Shown piece by piece: positions 1-16,971 of a stretch of DNA of 64,000 nucleotides. Each line of letters opens with the position of its first letter. Position 1 is the stretch's first letter. The DNA lies in assembly GCF_009914755.1 (NCBI RefSeq), contig NC_060926.1; one strand, written 5' to 3'. The translations under genes and the position numbers were made by a program. Under the pieces are notes generated by a model, which was given only the letters and a program-made list of their open reading frames with translations, made no database searches and was not told the DNA's origin. Source of the stretch: the human T2T-CHM13v2.0 reference genome, Homo sapiens.

Positions 1-222
1 CCAATATTTGCATATACGCAGCACATGTTAGCAGGATTAATGGCTCTGAGAAGTTCTACAATTAAAACAAAATGTTTAAGACTTGGTTTTACCTAAAATT
101 TTAAAAATTTATTTGACCATGGAGTACCCTCATTTTTCTTAAAATATCTATGACATAGTGACGCAGAGTATTGGTGTTTCTTGGAATATACTCAGGAAAA
201 TGCTTGCATAGATTATTTAGAC

Positions 223-422
223 CACTGATGCTCAACTGTGAGAGGGGACGACTTTGTCCCTTAGGGAATCCTTGAAATATGCCCAGAGACATTTTTGTTG
301 TCACAACTGAGGGATACTACTGGCAGGTGGTGTGAAAGCCAGGGATCATCCTAAACATCCTCCCCTACAATGAAGAATTGTCTGGCCCCAAATGTCGACA
401 GTGCCTTGGTTGAGAAACCCTA
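223..422 (+). mobile_element. MER20 DNA transposon (hAT-Charlie)
   Basis: Degenerate MER20: gagacatttttgttgtcacaactg, gccagggatcatcctaaacatcct, ggccccaaatgtcgacagtgcc, ending ttgagaaaccct. Confidence 0.85.
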
Positions 423-592
423 GTGCAGATATAGCTTGTTCAAATGAGGCTTAGGTGATCTGGAATCCGTGGTTGGTAGCTGGCACTCTGCATTCAGATT
501 TTGTCATTTGATTTTGATCATGGAGACCTATTACTCATTCTTCATTACCTTAAGGTTTTTGATAAAACTGTCACCAATTTGACTTATGAAAA

Positions 593-1070
593 TTTGAAAT
601 AAAGATGCTAACAGTCCTTTCCTGAAACAAGCCCCTCCTTGGCTGGGGACCAAACCAACTGCCCTTATAACACTAACAAATTAGCCAACAAGATTAGAAA
701 TTATGGCTCAGGAGTCATGCAGCCAGAGGCCGCAAGATTCCTCACATGTCCAGCTGCTCCTGTGGGTAACATCATTATGGTAAAACCAAAGATTGGTATT
801 TGAGGTGTTTTTCAGACCCTGCATTCTCATGGATCAACTGGCACCATCCAGAAAGGTGAACTGGCTCATCAGGTCTTGCAGCCCCCACCCAGGAACTGAC
901 TCGGCGCAAGAAGACAGCTTCGACTCCCTATGATTTCATCCCGACACAACCAATCAGCACTCCCCATTCTCTAACATCCCCACCCCCACCGCCAAACTAT
1001 CTTTTAAAAACTCTGACCTCTGAATCTCGGAGGAGGCTGATTTGGGTAGTAGTAAAACTCCAGTCTCCCA
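593..1070 (+). mobile_element. LTR8/LTR8A-like ERV1 LTR fragment, truncated at both ends and followed by an A-rich run
   Basis: ctaacaaattagccaacaagattagaaattatggctcaggagtcatgcagc; cccccacccaggaactgactcggcgcaagaagacagcttcgactccctatgatttcatc; stops at aaactccagtctccca. Confidence 0.8.
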
Positions 1071-1324
1071 TTAACACAAAAAGAAAGAATATCTTAAGTG
1101 AATACTTGGACATTATCTAGTTGAGCTACTGGCAAGTTGTTAGATTGTTCCATTAGTCATTTCTACTCATAGGTTCTTTGAAGCTTTCTATGACATTTGT
1201 ATTATGTAGCTGTATCATTGCATAATATTTAAGTGTTATTTAAAAACATGTGTTTTATAAATGCAATATAATATTCCAGACACCATTTCATAATCTCAGT
1301 GCTGAGTAATCTTAAATACTAGCT

Positions 1325-1445
1325 ATATTAATACCTTCTTTTCACAGATAAGAAAACTCCATTTCAGAGATGTTATTTAGCAGCCAGTTTATGCAGGCCA
1401 GACAAGAGTCCAAGTCCCCAAAACCTCCAGTCCAGTTTTCTTCCT
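1325..1445 (-). mobile_element. MIR fragment
   Basis: ttttcacagataagaaaact core in reverse orientation; highly diverged. Confidence 0.45.
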
Positions 1446-1801
1446 ATTGTGTAGTATTATGCTGCTCTCACTTTTTTATATATAATTTTACATTTGTGGC
1501 TTGAAAGTAATTTCAATGCCATAAGCATTCATAAATTCAATTTGTATATTCCACCTGTTTATTCTAAACTCTTAATATGAGGCCGCAAATGGATAAAGAT
1601 TTTTTATCACTTGTTAGGAAAGACATTTTCAGCACTTTTTTCTTATGTTTCTTGTCACAAATATATTTAGCCAAATCAGAAATAGCAACAAATGATATAA
1701 AAAAATTCTTTTTCTCCTAATATTAACTTTTCACATTAGAACAAATAGAAGTACAGGAAATTATGGTTGTGTTTCAACCTGAACTAGTATACAGGTTGTC
1801 A

Positions 1802-1803
<2 letters not shown>

Positions 1804-1847
<44 letters not shown>
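1804..1847. repeat. (GT)22 microsatellite
   Basis: Uninterrupted GT dinucleotide run. Confidence 0.98.
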
Positions 1848-1850
<3 letters not shown>

Positions 1851-3588
1851 AAATCAAGCAGGGAGATACAGAGCAGATTAAACTCACCCCGACTTATGCT
1901 CAAGTCTTAGACTAAGTTCTAGATTCTGACTCCATTCTCTTCTTTAGATGAATTCTCAGTTTTCCTCTTTAGGAAGGATTTGTTGCTATCAAAAAGACAA
2001 TTGAGCTTTTAAAGGACTGCTCATTGCTAGACAGTTATTTATGAACTCCATAAATTCCTTTGCAACTTGAAAACCCAGAGATAGATTATAGGTCTATTTC
2101 AACAGAATATTAGACAGGACCCCAAAATAACCAGTTATCTCAAGAGTGTTATTGCAATATATTTTTGTGTCACAGCAGATGGTTATGCTATAAGAACCAA
2201 CTAAAGTTGGTTAAAGACTAGCAGCCCCCTCCATGGAGGAAAGGAAACTTTTTAATCTTTGCACCTAGTCCTATATTATTTATCCAAGTCTTATTCACCA
2301 AGTGGCAACAAGAGTATGCCTTATTTCAACCATGCTTCTGATCAGTCCTCAAAGGTGGTAGCCATAAATTAATCCTGACCACAATTATTATTGGAAGATC
2401 TAGATGTTCAGAACTTGACTCTAAGTTAGCTCCAGTATAAATGGAAGGCCACCAGTTAACATTAGCAGCAATGACAAATAGCCCACTCCATGACAATGGT
2501 AGCAGCCACAAATCAAAGGCATATAAAATCAGAGAAGGAGCCTATACTGATTTATGGGAGCATTTGTTTAACTTCAGGCAATCTGGTTGTGCTTGTGAAC
2601 ATGACATGCTATTCCCATGATCCCCTGTATATCACAGATTCTATTCTAACTTATGAACAAGCACTTAAAAATTTAATCATAACCAGAAAGGATTTCCTAC
2701 ACTGTTCACTGTCACTCACATATTCTTCTCTAAAAACAATTTGGCTACAGTTGTTGTTATGAAATTGTAACAACCATCATAAAGCCTGTCACTTTAAGTC
2801 AGTGAAGTCAGGATCTGTTGGCAAAAATATAATCAAAAGTAATTTCATGATTCAATAAATAGTATATAAATCTGCTATTATTGGAGTTCATTTTCTTTCA
2901 ATACCACCCATTTCCATCTTCTCAATGGAATTATTCTGACTATCCAAGTGTCATTATTACCTTCTATTGTTATTTAAATGGAGCATTTTTATTAGATCCT
3001 CTGACACTATATATAAGGCTTTGCTTCCTCAGCAGTAATAATTCCATTTCTGAAGGAAAATAGAAGTAACTGTACAGAAAATTCTAAGCTCTCACTTTAT
3101 GTTAACTCCATGCCTGAAATGGAATTTTAATTTAATCATATCTGAGAAGACCTAGGTTTTTATTAGCTACCTCAAGAAAGTAAGAAAAATAGCCCTTTCC
3201 ATGCAGGTTGTTTTGGTTCAAAGAGCCCATGAAACCATTATTCATCTATAATAATGCGTGTAAGATACACTTACTAACCAAATTAAACTCTAAATTTCTT
3301 TCATCAGATGGCATTCATTATTTTTTGTAAATTTTTCTTTTGGAAGATGGGAAAAATAAAATATTCCGTATAAATAGTTGAAATAAAACATTATACCGGT
3401 TATACAGTTTTAAAAATATACTTTCCAAGAGATCTATGGAAAATATAATTAAAAGGATACAACCATACATGTTATTGCTGATTTAATTAATACATTGGTT
3501 CACAAAATAAAACTATCAGAATCAGGTTATAGTTCTCAAAGACAAATCTAGCAAATATTGCATCAATTACATAAAATTAACTGGTGTG

Positions 3589-3701
3589 CAACATGACGCA
3601 TGTATACATATGTAGTAACAAACCTGCACGTTGTGCACATGTACCCTAGAACTTAAAGTATAATTTAAAAAAATAAAAATAAATAAATAAATAAATAAAT
3701 A
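3589..3701 (+). mobile_element. Extremely 5'-truncated primate L1 (L1PA4-7-like 3' end, ~76 bp plus patterned A tail) with 16-bp TSD
   Basis: caacatgacgcatgtatacatatg...aacctgcacgttgtgcacatgtaccctagaacttaaagtataat then (TAAA)n tail; TSD aaaattaactggtgtg at 3573-3588 and 3702-3717. Confidence 0.93.
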
Positions 3702-4101
3702 AAAATTAACTGGTGTGTCCATTAGGGTCGAACAGACTTCACTGAATTTTTGTTGTATCCTACCAGCAGTTTTTCTATGTATAGAAATAGAATATTCTCT
3801 ATTACTGTAATCAGAGGTCTGTCTTCCAGTATAAAAACAAATATAAGAATATAACAAATTAAAACATATAGCACTTTACCCAAGACCTAGAACGCCTGAA
3901 AGAAGATAAATTTTGAGGTTATTAGAATTTTTACAGTGGCGCAACAAGAAGAGGCAACCCGGCCTGGTGAGGAGCCCCATGGTGATGGATTTGGATGAGG
4001 TCTAGCAAGAAAACAAGAGAGTTAGTAAGTATTTACCTGCCATCTCTGTGTACAGAGAGAGCACTCTCCCCATGCCGCAAGGAGATGAAAAGAAATAAAG
4101 G

Positions 4102-4407
<306 letters not shown>

Positions 4408-4510
4408 GACTTTAGGGGCTTACTGAGGGTGGGTGAGACAAATGTACTTAATAAAACAATTTCGGTACAATATGAGGCATCACGTAATTAAGCACCAGCA
4501 TATTTATTTC

Positions 4511-7466
<2,956 letters not shown>

Positions 7467-7701
7467 TTGAAGCAAGCAAGGATCAAATAATTTGGGCTCT
7501 AGTTTTCACATTACAATTTTGCCATTCCAAGATGATAGTTTCTTAGAATCTAACAGTTTTTAGCCAGACAAGGACTTAGTATATATTCTGTAGTCTAACT
7601 GAAATATTTTAGATCAGCAAAGCTATAAAGGATGCTACCTGAGCAAGCAAATAAGAACATGAATTGAACTCACCTCCAGAGACTCCTGTGTTGCTCCTCA
7701 A

Positions 7702-7981
7702 GCTGAGTCAGCAGATGCTCAATGTATTTATTGGAGTCCATGTATTCCTGCACAAGCAGACAAAGACAGATGAAAACTCACTATGACAGTCCCCACCATC
7801 CTAAGACCCTGACCTTATCTCTACAAGGAGTATTTTTGACAACATTATCCCTACTTCCCTTCCGGTTCTAGGATTCTCTGCTTCTATGACTTGCAATCAT
7901 ATGTAAATACTATTTTTTCATGTCCTATGATAGTTTTGTAAACAAATCACAGAAGTGAACTGTCATTACACTGAGTCAGCA
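7702..7981. promoter_or_regulatory. Candidate pair of MARE/ARE (MAF, NFE2L2, BACH) sites
   Basis: TGAGTCAGCA at 7704-7713 (within gctgagtcagca) and at 7972-7981; motif evidence only. Confidence 0.35.
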
Positions 7982-9327
7982 TTACAATCCTCTTATTCAC
8001 AGAAGAAAGGCCTAAATTTCATAGTCATCTAAACTGGAGTCTGTGTTCTACTGTATATAAATATTTCTGCCAATTATAGAAAAAGAAAATAGACAAAACA
8101 GTTCTTGATTTTACTGGTCTTATGACAGTCATGTTCCAGCAAAAGTAATGTTTTCAAACTATGTAGAATGTTTTATATAAATATAATATATACCCATATT
8201 CATTGGGCACTTGTATACACTAATGGACATGTCCATTTTTCTTCAACTCCATATATACACACAAAACAGTGTATTTGCTTTTTTTTTATTCTTAAACATA
8301 AATCTTTGGCTTCTAAAAAGACCTGAAAGGTATGGTGTATTCTGCTCTATAGAAATGTATATGTAAATTTATTTCTCTAAATCAAACTATTTTCCTGAAA
8401 TGTATCTGAAAAAAAATTAAAGAATTCACGTGTTACATGAGAAGTAAGCAGAAAAATCCATAGGTTATTACAATGGATTTAATTTGTGATTTCTGCATAC
8501 GAGGCTCATATGCAATGGTGTTTCCTTTGCTAACCTGGAGCAAATACAACCTATACAAATTCTTTTGTATTGTTTTCCTCTGAATCTGGTATTTTATTCC
8601 CTTTCTGTTTAGAGGTCTACCGTGCAGGCCTCTGCTTCTACATTATAGCAGCCGTCGATGGAACAGTATTCAATGATTTCAATGTTAAGGCACCCAAGAA
8701 AGCTAGAGTTCCATTTCTATAGATTTGAAATAAACTGGGAACTTTGATTAACAGTGACATTTTTCTTTCAGAAATATAGGTTTCTTTTGAAATGCTATAC
8801 ATAATATACTGCTCTTATAGAAATATTCACTATAATAAGGTGAGGGGCTGGGAGAAAGACAGGAGTTGATCCCATATAATGGAAAGGGACCAGTCCTGAT
8901 TTCTTTTGATCCTGGATCTACCCATGCGGCCTTGAAAAGCCTTTTTTACCTTCCCAAAATGTTTGTTAGACTAGAGGGTATACTAAGTCCTTGTCTAGCT
9001 AAAAACTGTTATGATTCTAAGATACTGTAATTCTGTTATAGATAATTAGCTAAGAAGTTTTATGCTTATTGAATAAACATTTATTTTCAGGTGACTACTC
9101 AATAGTTATTTAAACAAGACCACTGGGAATGTTAAAAACAAAGCAGAAAGCTCTGCTACTGCAGGAAGTTGCAACATACATGGTTACGCTTTTAACTGTC
9201 CTGATCAAGGCTAAACCATGATTTAGAACACTTGACACTATCAAATACATGAATTCTCAAATATGTTCAGCCAAGAAAAACTAAATACGTTGTTCCCAAG
9301 TAGAAATAAATGTACAGATCTTAAAGT

Positions 9328-9830
9328 TATTCATTTTTTCTTCACTTAACAACTATTTTTAAACATCTGTTAGATGCGAAGAGCTGTTCTAAGTGCTGCA
9401 GATACAGTAATCATCAAGAGGGGGAAAGCCACTGCCCTCAAGGAGCTTACAGTCTGTCAAAGGGGTTATACTAAATAAGTGAACGGATTCGTTTCATGTT
9501 GGTTACGTGCTATGAAGTAAACAGGTGATAGGAAAGACTTTGGGAGGAGCAGCTTTGTCACGTGAAGACTCCAGAAGAAGACTCTAAGCAAGTGATATTT
9601 GAGCTAAGACTTGGAAGAGGAGAAGGAAACCATATAGAGAAAAGGGAGCCAGACATTACAGGCAGAGAAAACACCATATACAAAGGTCCTGAAATGTGCT
9701 GTTGGAGGAACAGAAGGAAGCCAGTGGGTGCTGGGAACAGGGACTCAGGGATACTGGGTCTAAAATGAAGTTGGACAGTTAGGCAGGACCAAATCATGTG
9801 CAAGCCTTAGAAAGCAGCTTGGACTTGTCA
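9328..9830 (-). mobile_element. L2 fragment (3' end)
   Basis: gttctaagtgctgcagatacag...ctgccctcaaggagcttacagtctg...caaaggtcctga...ggaacagaaggaagccagtg. Confidence 0.8.
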
Positions 9831-9874
9831 TTTTGTTCATTCTGATTATCTCAAGTCAGAAGTTGAAGCTGAAA

Positions 9875-10085
9875 GGTGTAGTGATGACAAATGAGACTTT
9901 AGTATCAAAGAGACTGAGGTTCAAATCCTGGTTTTGATACTTACTAGCTATGTTCCCCTGGTCACATTATTAAATCTCTCTAAGCCTTAGTTTCTTCATC
10001 TTCGTCAGAGGGATAAATAATGCTTCATTTATGGAGGCATTGTAAGTGTTAAACAAGAAGTTTAAGTACATACATACCATCATGA
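9875..10085 (+). mobile_element. MIR
   Basis: ggttcaaatcctgg...acttactagct...aatctctctaagccttagtttcttcatct. Confidence 0.8.
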
Positions 10086-11809
10086 CTGCCAAATAGCAAG
10101 CATGGCCTTTTTCAGAGTATTATGTACCTCTTTTCAAAAGGAAGATCACTTTACAAGGTGAAGGCATTATTCATTTTCTCTTCTCTTGCCAAACTTCAAG
10201 ATTTTTAAGTGTACAGTTCTTAGGTTATACACACTAAATATTAGAATAGGCAGTTAGGCAGAGATTGATAATACTGATCTCTAATCTGAATGTAGTTGTC
10301 ACTGGCTTGTGATTTCAAAGCTATTTCAAATAAAAATACTAGCTGCTTCCATTTAAACTAGCTTTATCCTGTTTTCCATATAAATAACTATGATGACAAA
10401 TCTTAAACCACTTAAAAATGGGAAACTAAGATTATTGATTCTTCATCCCTCTTTTCAGCTTTATTTTTTCTCTATGGCATTCTTACTTCCAACATTCAAT
10501 ATATTTTACTTATTTATTAAGGTATTGCCTCAATATAACGCTAACAAAAATGGATTGCGAAAAGAGACATTAATCTTACATATATTTTTTGTTAAGTGAA
10601 ATTGTTTTTGCTCAACCTGAAATAGGAAGTACCTTCATACCTGTATCATTTCTGGACCCTGAACTGGAAAAGTTAGTTACCTAATGTGAAAACACTATCA
10701 TAGGATTATAAAATAGGATTACTCCTAGGGGGAATTTTGTGGATCCCTTTGGAGATTAACTCCAAGAAAACAATGGAGGGTGGTAGCATTGGGGCTGGCA
10801 GTGGTTAAGAGGAAACTATGGTCACCATAAGTAAAATGCTATTGGCACAGTGGCTGCAAGAGCTTTGGGAGCAAGTACATACAGGAGGTTATTGTACAGA
10901 GACTTCAGTATCCCAGCATGCCTGCAAAGGCGAAAGAAAAGGTCCAGAGAGATTTTTTCAGAGTAAACTGAAAAAATGCAACATGGAACCCATGAACAAG
11001 TACTGTAGGACAAGAGAGAGGACATGATCCTTAATCATAAAAGAGGGTGTGACGGTGAAAATTATTTACATAAGAAAGATATGTAAGCATTTTAGAAAGA
11101 GCCTCAGACATGCTGACTAGTATCCAGAAAGATGTGGTCTCTCTGACACATGTGAAGAAAGTTCTTTTTTAATGTTGAGATGAAAAGACAGCAGAATTAG
11201 ATTTTAAAAGATAATAGGGTGAGCAGCCAAGATAATAAAATGACATAAAATAAAGACAGGGCTGAGTGAGCTAAGAATTTCAGGGCAACATACACCTTAC
11301 AGGCAGAATGGAAATCTATTTATTGCTGTCCTGTGATTCTTATTATGAGGTGACTCTCCCTACCATGAAATGGTGCTTCAGAGAAAGCAGGCAACAGGTT
11401 TTGGTGTATTGGCACTGAATCGTTCATACAGATGAAAGTCTATTTCTCAATATCTCATTTGGGAAACAATCAAATTCCCCAACCCAGGCCAGGTACTTAC
11501 ATACTCCTCTTCTCCTATTTCTACAGTATAAGTCAATTAGTGTACGTATCATTCAGTTAGTGAAGAGCAAGCATCCTGTCATCTAGGGAGAAAAAATAAA
11601 CACCCATATCCACATATCCCTTGATGTCAGTGTTCACTATTCCTAACACATATCTATGAAAAATATCAATTTCCCAAGCCTTGCTTTGTTCAGCATGCAA
11701 CTTCCTACCTCATTCAGCACAAAGATACTATTAAACTATTGTTACTAACTTGATGAACATCCTATTCTACTGGTTTCTGTTAGAATTACGAAACCCACCT
11801 TAGATACAA

Positions 11810-13023
<1,214 letters not shown>

Positions 13024-13059
13024 TATTGTTCTATTTTTGACTCGATAATAAAAAATGCT

Positions 13060-13324
13060 TAAGTATAAGGGTGTGTTTTGCCTGTGTATGTACAACTGGG
13101 GAAAGCAATTTGGTGATCCATGTTGTGATTTTAAGACATCCGTGCCCTTTTGATGTAGAAACTCCCTGTCTAGAAATCAGCCTGAGGAAATAATCAGATG
13201 AAAGCAAATGATATTCATTGAAATACTATTTGTGACAATATGAAAAGACTGGGTATGTCTTATTTTCCAAAACTATAGAAATAATTAAAATAAAGCATGC
13301 TTTTTTCGTTTGAAGAAATACAAT

Positions 13325-13357
<33 letters not shown>

Positions 13358-13880
13358 AGACGGAGTCTTGCTCTGTCGCCCAGGCCGGACTGCGGACTGC
13401 AGTGGCGCAATCTCGGCTCACTGCAAGCTCTCTGCTTCCCGGGTTCACGCCATTCTCCTGCCTCAGCCTCCCGAGTAGCTGGGATTACAGGCGCCCGCCA
13501 CCGCGCCCGGCTAATTTTTTGTATTTTTAGTAGAGACGGGGTTTCACCTTGTTAGCCAGGATGGTCTCGATCTCCTGACCTCATGATCCACCCGCCTCGG
13601 CCTCCCAAAGTGCTGGGATTACAGGCGTGAGCCACCGCGCCCGGCCGAAGAAATACAATTCTTAAACTTTGTAAAGAATATATAATAAAGTAGAAAACAG
13701 TGTAATGCTAAGTGAAAGAAGGATAAAAAAACTGCACAATCCCTCTTATCACAATTTAGAAAATATATATGAAAGATTAAAAGTAATATCCTACAGTAAA
13801 TGGTAATATTATGGGCTAATTTAATTTTCTTCTGTAAATTTTTTCTTTGTCTATAGTTTTACAAAACTATATGCTCATTA
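13060..13880 (+). mobile_element. Ancient L1M/L1ME 3' region, interrupted by AluYb8
   Basis: gtacaactggggaaagcaatttgg...gtgcccttttga...ctagaaatcagcctgaggaaataatcaga...aatgctaagtgaaagaag. Confidence 0.55.
13329..13646 (-). mobile_element. AluYb8, T30 tail, 17-bp TSD
   Basis: Yb8 7-bp duplication ggactgc-ggactgc at 13387-13400; tcatgatccacc and caccttgttagcc diagnostics; TSD gaagaaatacaattctt at 13312-13328 and 13647-13663. Confidence 0.97.
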
Positions 13881-15324
13881 TAAAAATTTAAAGTAATGGA
13901 TATTATATAGAAAAATACAGTCCCAGAAAATAATGTCCATGAAGATTTGATTATAAATTTTAGAAAGCTTGATCTGAAATACCACAAGGAAACCATTTCC
14001 TTTATATTATTCTAAAGCTAGGCTCATGTTTGAAACAATGAACCCCCCTTTCCACTTGCCCTCGTTAGTGTTCTGATAAAAGCATTTCACCAAAGTTAGG
14101 ATTAAGGGGGCTGAAGGTGGGGGGCACCAAGTTACACCAAGTCATATTTTATGTTTTAAAAATTTTACAAAGGTACAGCATTAAAAAGACATCTGTTCCC
14201 TGGCTAAAACTTATGCAAATTAGAATCATTTTAGAGATATATTTCAGGAAGTTTGCCTTTCACTTCTTTTAATGCACATGTTTCAGGGCAATTAGTATGA
14301 AACATTTAAAGTGATTAGAGGTTTATAGATACACTGAACATTGCAGGTCTTTGTAGCATAAGCCCATTTAATGTGAATCTCCTATTGTCTGAAATAGGTC
14401 AGTTCTGAGAGAGGCCCATTATAAATGAATTCTAATGATGTGAGGATCTTAAGTATCATTCATATTAAGTGGAGTTTAAAATAAAATCGTGTATCAAAGC
14501 TTGCAGAGATCCAAAAATCCCTCCAAATAATCTTCGTATTATAATCAGCATAACTTATGGCAGAGCTTGTGAAATCCTGCCAGCAATTTTGTGACTAGTA
14601 ACATAGAATCCCCAATTCACCTTTGGGCAAAGCAGCACCAGCAAGGCGGCCAGCTGTTCAAATCAACACAACTATCTGCAATTAGGAAATGACTAACTAC
14701 CACAACAAAGTAATTTTTAAGCGGGGGAGGGCATCAGTTCTTCTCTTAATAAAAAGGTATACCTGCATGGTGAATGCAAAAAACTCAAATAAAATACCCA
14801 CTTTGGGAACTATACAGACAAGGTAATAAATAGAAAGGTGTCTCATAACTAACTGGCATCTGTACCAATATAAATTCTTCCGAGGAGACTTTTTTAAATG
14901 TTAAACACCACAAGCAAATCAATTTAGGAGTCCCAGCTTGAACAGATCCATCCTCCCACCGCCATCTTAGCATCAGCCATCTTGAATTCCTCTTTCCCAT
15001 TGCCTCCTCAAACAGCTGCAACCTGGCTTCTAAGGCAGACTTTCTAGTGGAGCTTTCCCATTAGAGCAAATGATGGCCTCCGCAAGGTGGAATCCCAGGA
15101 TTTTGCTTGGTCCTTGTCTTATGACCAGTGCCTACAGCACTTCACATTTTAAAATCATACTCTCCCTCCCTGGTATTCTCTGAAAGTGTCTCCCCGTATT
15201 CCATCACTCTGAGGTCCAGCATGGCCTGTGCTGCTCAATCACGCTCTGCAGGTCCAATCCTGTGAGTCTGGCTATTTCCCAAACAGGTCCCTTTGGATGT
15301 GCCACATACTCTTTCGAGTAGGCC

Positions 15325-15425
15325 ATCCTTCATTTCTGTGTCCTCCAACACCTACCACAGCCCTTGGAACATCTCAAGCACTCAAAGGTGTGTTAAGTAA
15401 GTGAAAGAGTGAATTAATTGTCTGG
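15325..15425 (+). mobile_element. L2 3' end fragment
   Basis: catttctgtgtcctccaacacctaccacagcccttggaacat...gcactcaa...aagtgaaagagtgaat. Confidence 0.55.
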
Positions 15426-15533
15426 ATGTAACCAGGCTCATGAGAGAATCTGAGATTAGGCTATAAGTGGTCTTGGTCTTCCAAAACTTTTACTTGTAAA
15501 GGTTTTGATGATCATGGAGACATTAGGCAGTCA

Positions 15534-16508
15534 TGACAAGATGGCAGAAACAGTGTTTTTGTTTTGTTTTCCCTCTCCTCTCATACACCACTCAATGTGA
15601 TGCTTCTGACAGCAGATGAATGGGAATTTTTCCCTATACGTCAACCAAACAATTCTCCAGCAGACACCAGCTAGGTGTCCTAAAATTTAACTCAATTCTG
15701 ACACGATCTACCTGGAGATAGCATCACATCCCTCAGGGTGAGGGCTCAGTCCCATAAGACTGCCCCGGCTTCAGACACCAATCACAAGTACCACAGTGGG
15801 CTGCCACCTATAATTCTGATCAGCCAGCTATAAATCAGGGTTCCCACCACAACATCCTCAAGCTTGATTAATTTGCTACAGCAGTTCACAGAACTCAAGG
15901 AAGCATTTTACTTAGGTTTACCCATTTATTGTAAGTGATATTACAAACGATACAGATAAACAGCTAGATGGAAGAGCTGCATAGGACGAGGTATGGGAGA
16001 AGGGGTTCAGAACTTCCATGCTCTCTCCTGGCACACTGCCCTCCAGGAACTTCCATGAGTTCAGCTATCTGGAAGCCCCTTGAGCCCAGTCCTCCTGGGT
16101 TTTATGGAGGATGTATTAGGTAGGAATGACTGATTACATCATTGGCCATTGGTGGTCAACTCAACCAGAGCTTGGTAGGTAGGGCTGAAAGTTCCAACCC
16201 TTTAATCACATGTTTGGCTCTCCTGGCAACCAGCCCCCATCCTGAGGCTATCCAGGAGCCCACAGTCTTCTAAATAGAACAAAAGATGATCCTATCACCC
16301 AGAAAATTCTAAGGGATTTAAGAGCTCTGTGCCAGATGTTATCACTCAGAAAATAAGAAACGTTTTAGGATCTCTGTGTCAGAAACCAGGAGTCAAAGAC
16401 CAAATATTAGAACAAAAGGTTATCCTAGTACCCTATCTACAAGGGTTTTAGGAGTTCTGTGCCAGAAACTGGGAAGCAGAGACCGAATATATATATTTAA
16501 TCCTAGCA
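15534..16508 (-). mobile_element. MER21 (B/C-like) solo LTR
   Basis: cagacaccagctaggtgtcct...caattctgacacgatctacctggagatagcatca...gggctcagtcccataagactgcccc; thrice-repeated motif of the type ttttaggagttctgtgccagaaac near the terminus; atatatattt end. Confidence 0.85.
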
Positions 16509-16971
16509 GTTTTCTAAATTACTTTTTACTCATGATTTTATTCTATTGGTACTAGCCAGAAATGACATTCCAAACTATTGATAATTTCACAAAATAAGTG
16601 CGTTTTTCTAATCTTGCAACTCTGAGAAAAATTTAGGTACATTGCTCATCTATGGCATGTAAATCACATGAGCTGTCAAAGATTTCAACACAGTAAAATT
16701 CACAACCAAAATTTGCTTTCAAATGGAGAGATAACTGATGATAAGAAAGCATGATGACTAGCAAACTGCACAGAGTGAAAACATCTCTTTATAACCTCTG
16801 TCATATATGGAAATTTCATCAGTATGAATTAACAGTGACAGAATTTAGACAGATAGCACATGAGACCATTGAAAAGCCTCGTGACCTGTTATTTGGTACC
16901 AAGGCAGTAGACTAATGCCGATCAGACTATGAGTACAGCTTAGCAGATCTTCAGAGTAAAACATACTTCAA

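Noticed and set aside
16300-16480. Three spaced copies of a ~25-bp motif resembling a repeat-spacer array
   Set aside because: Internal repeats of the MER21 LTR; degenerate and irregular, not CRISPR-like.
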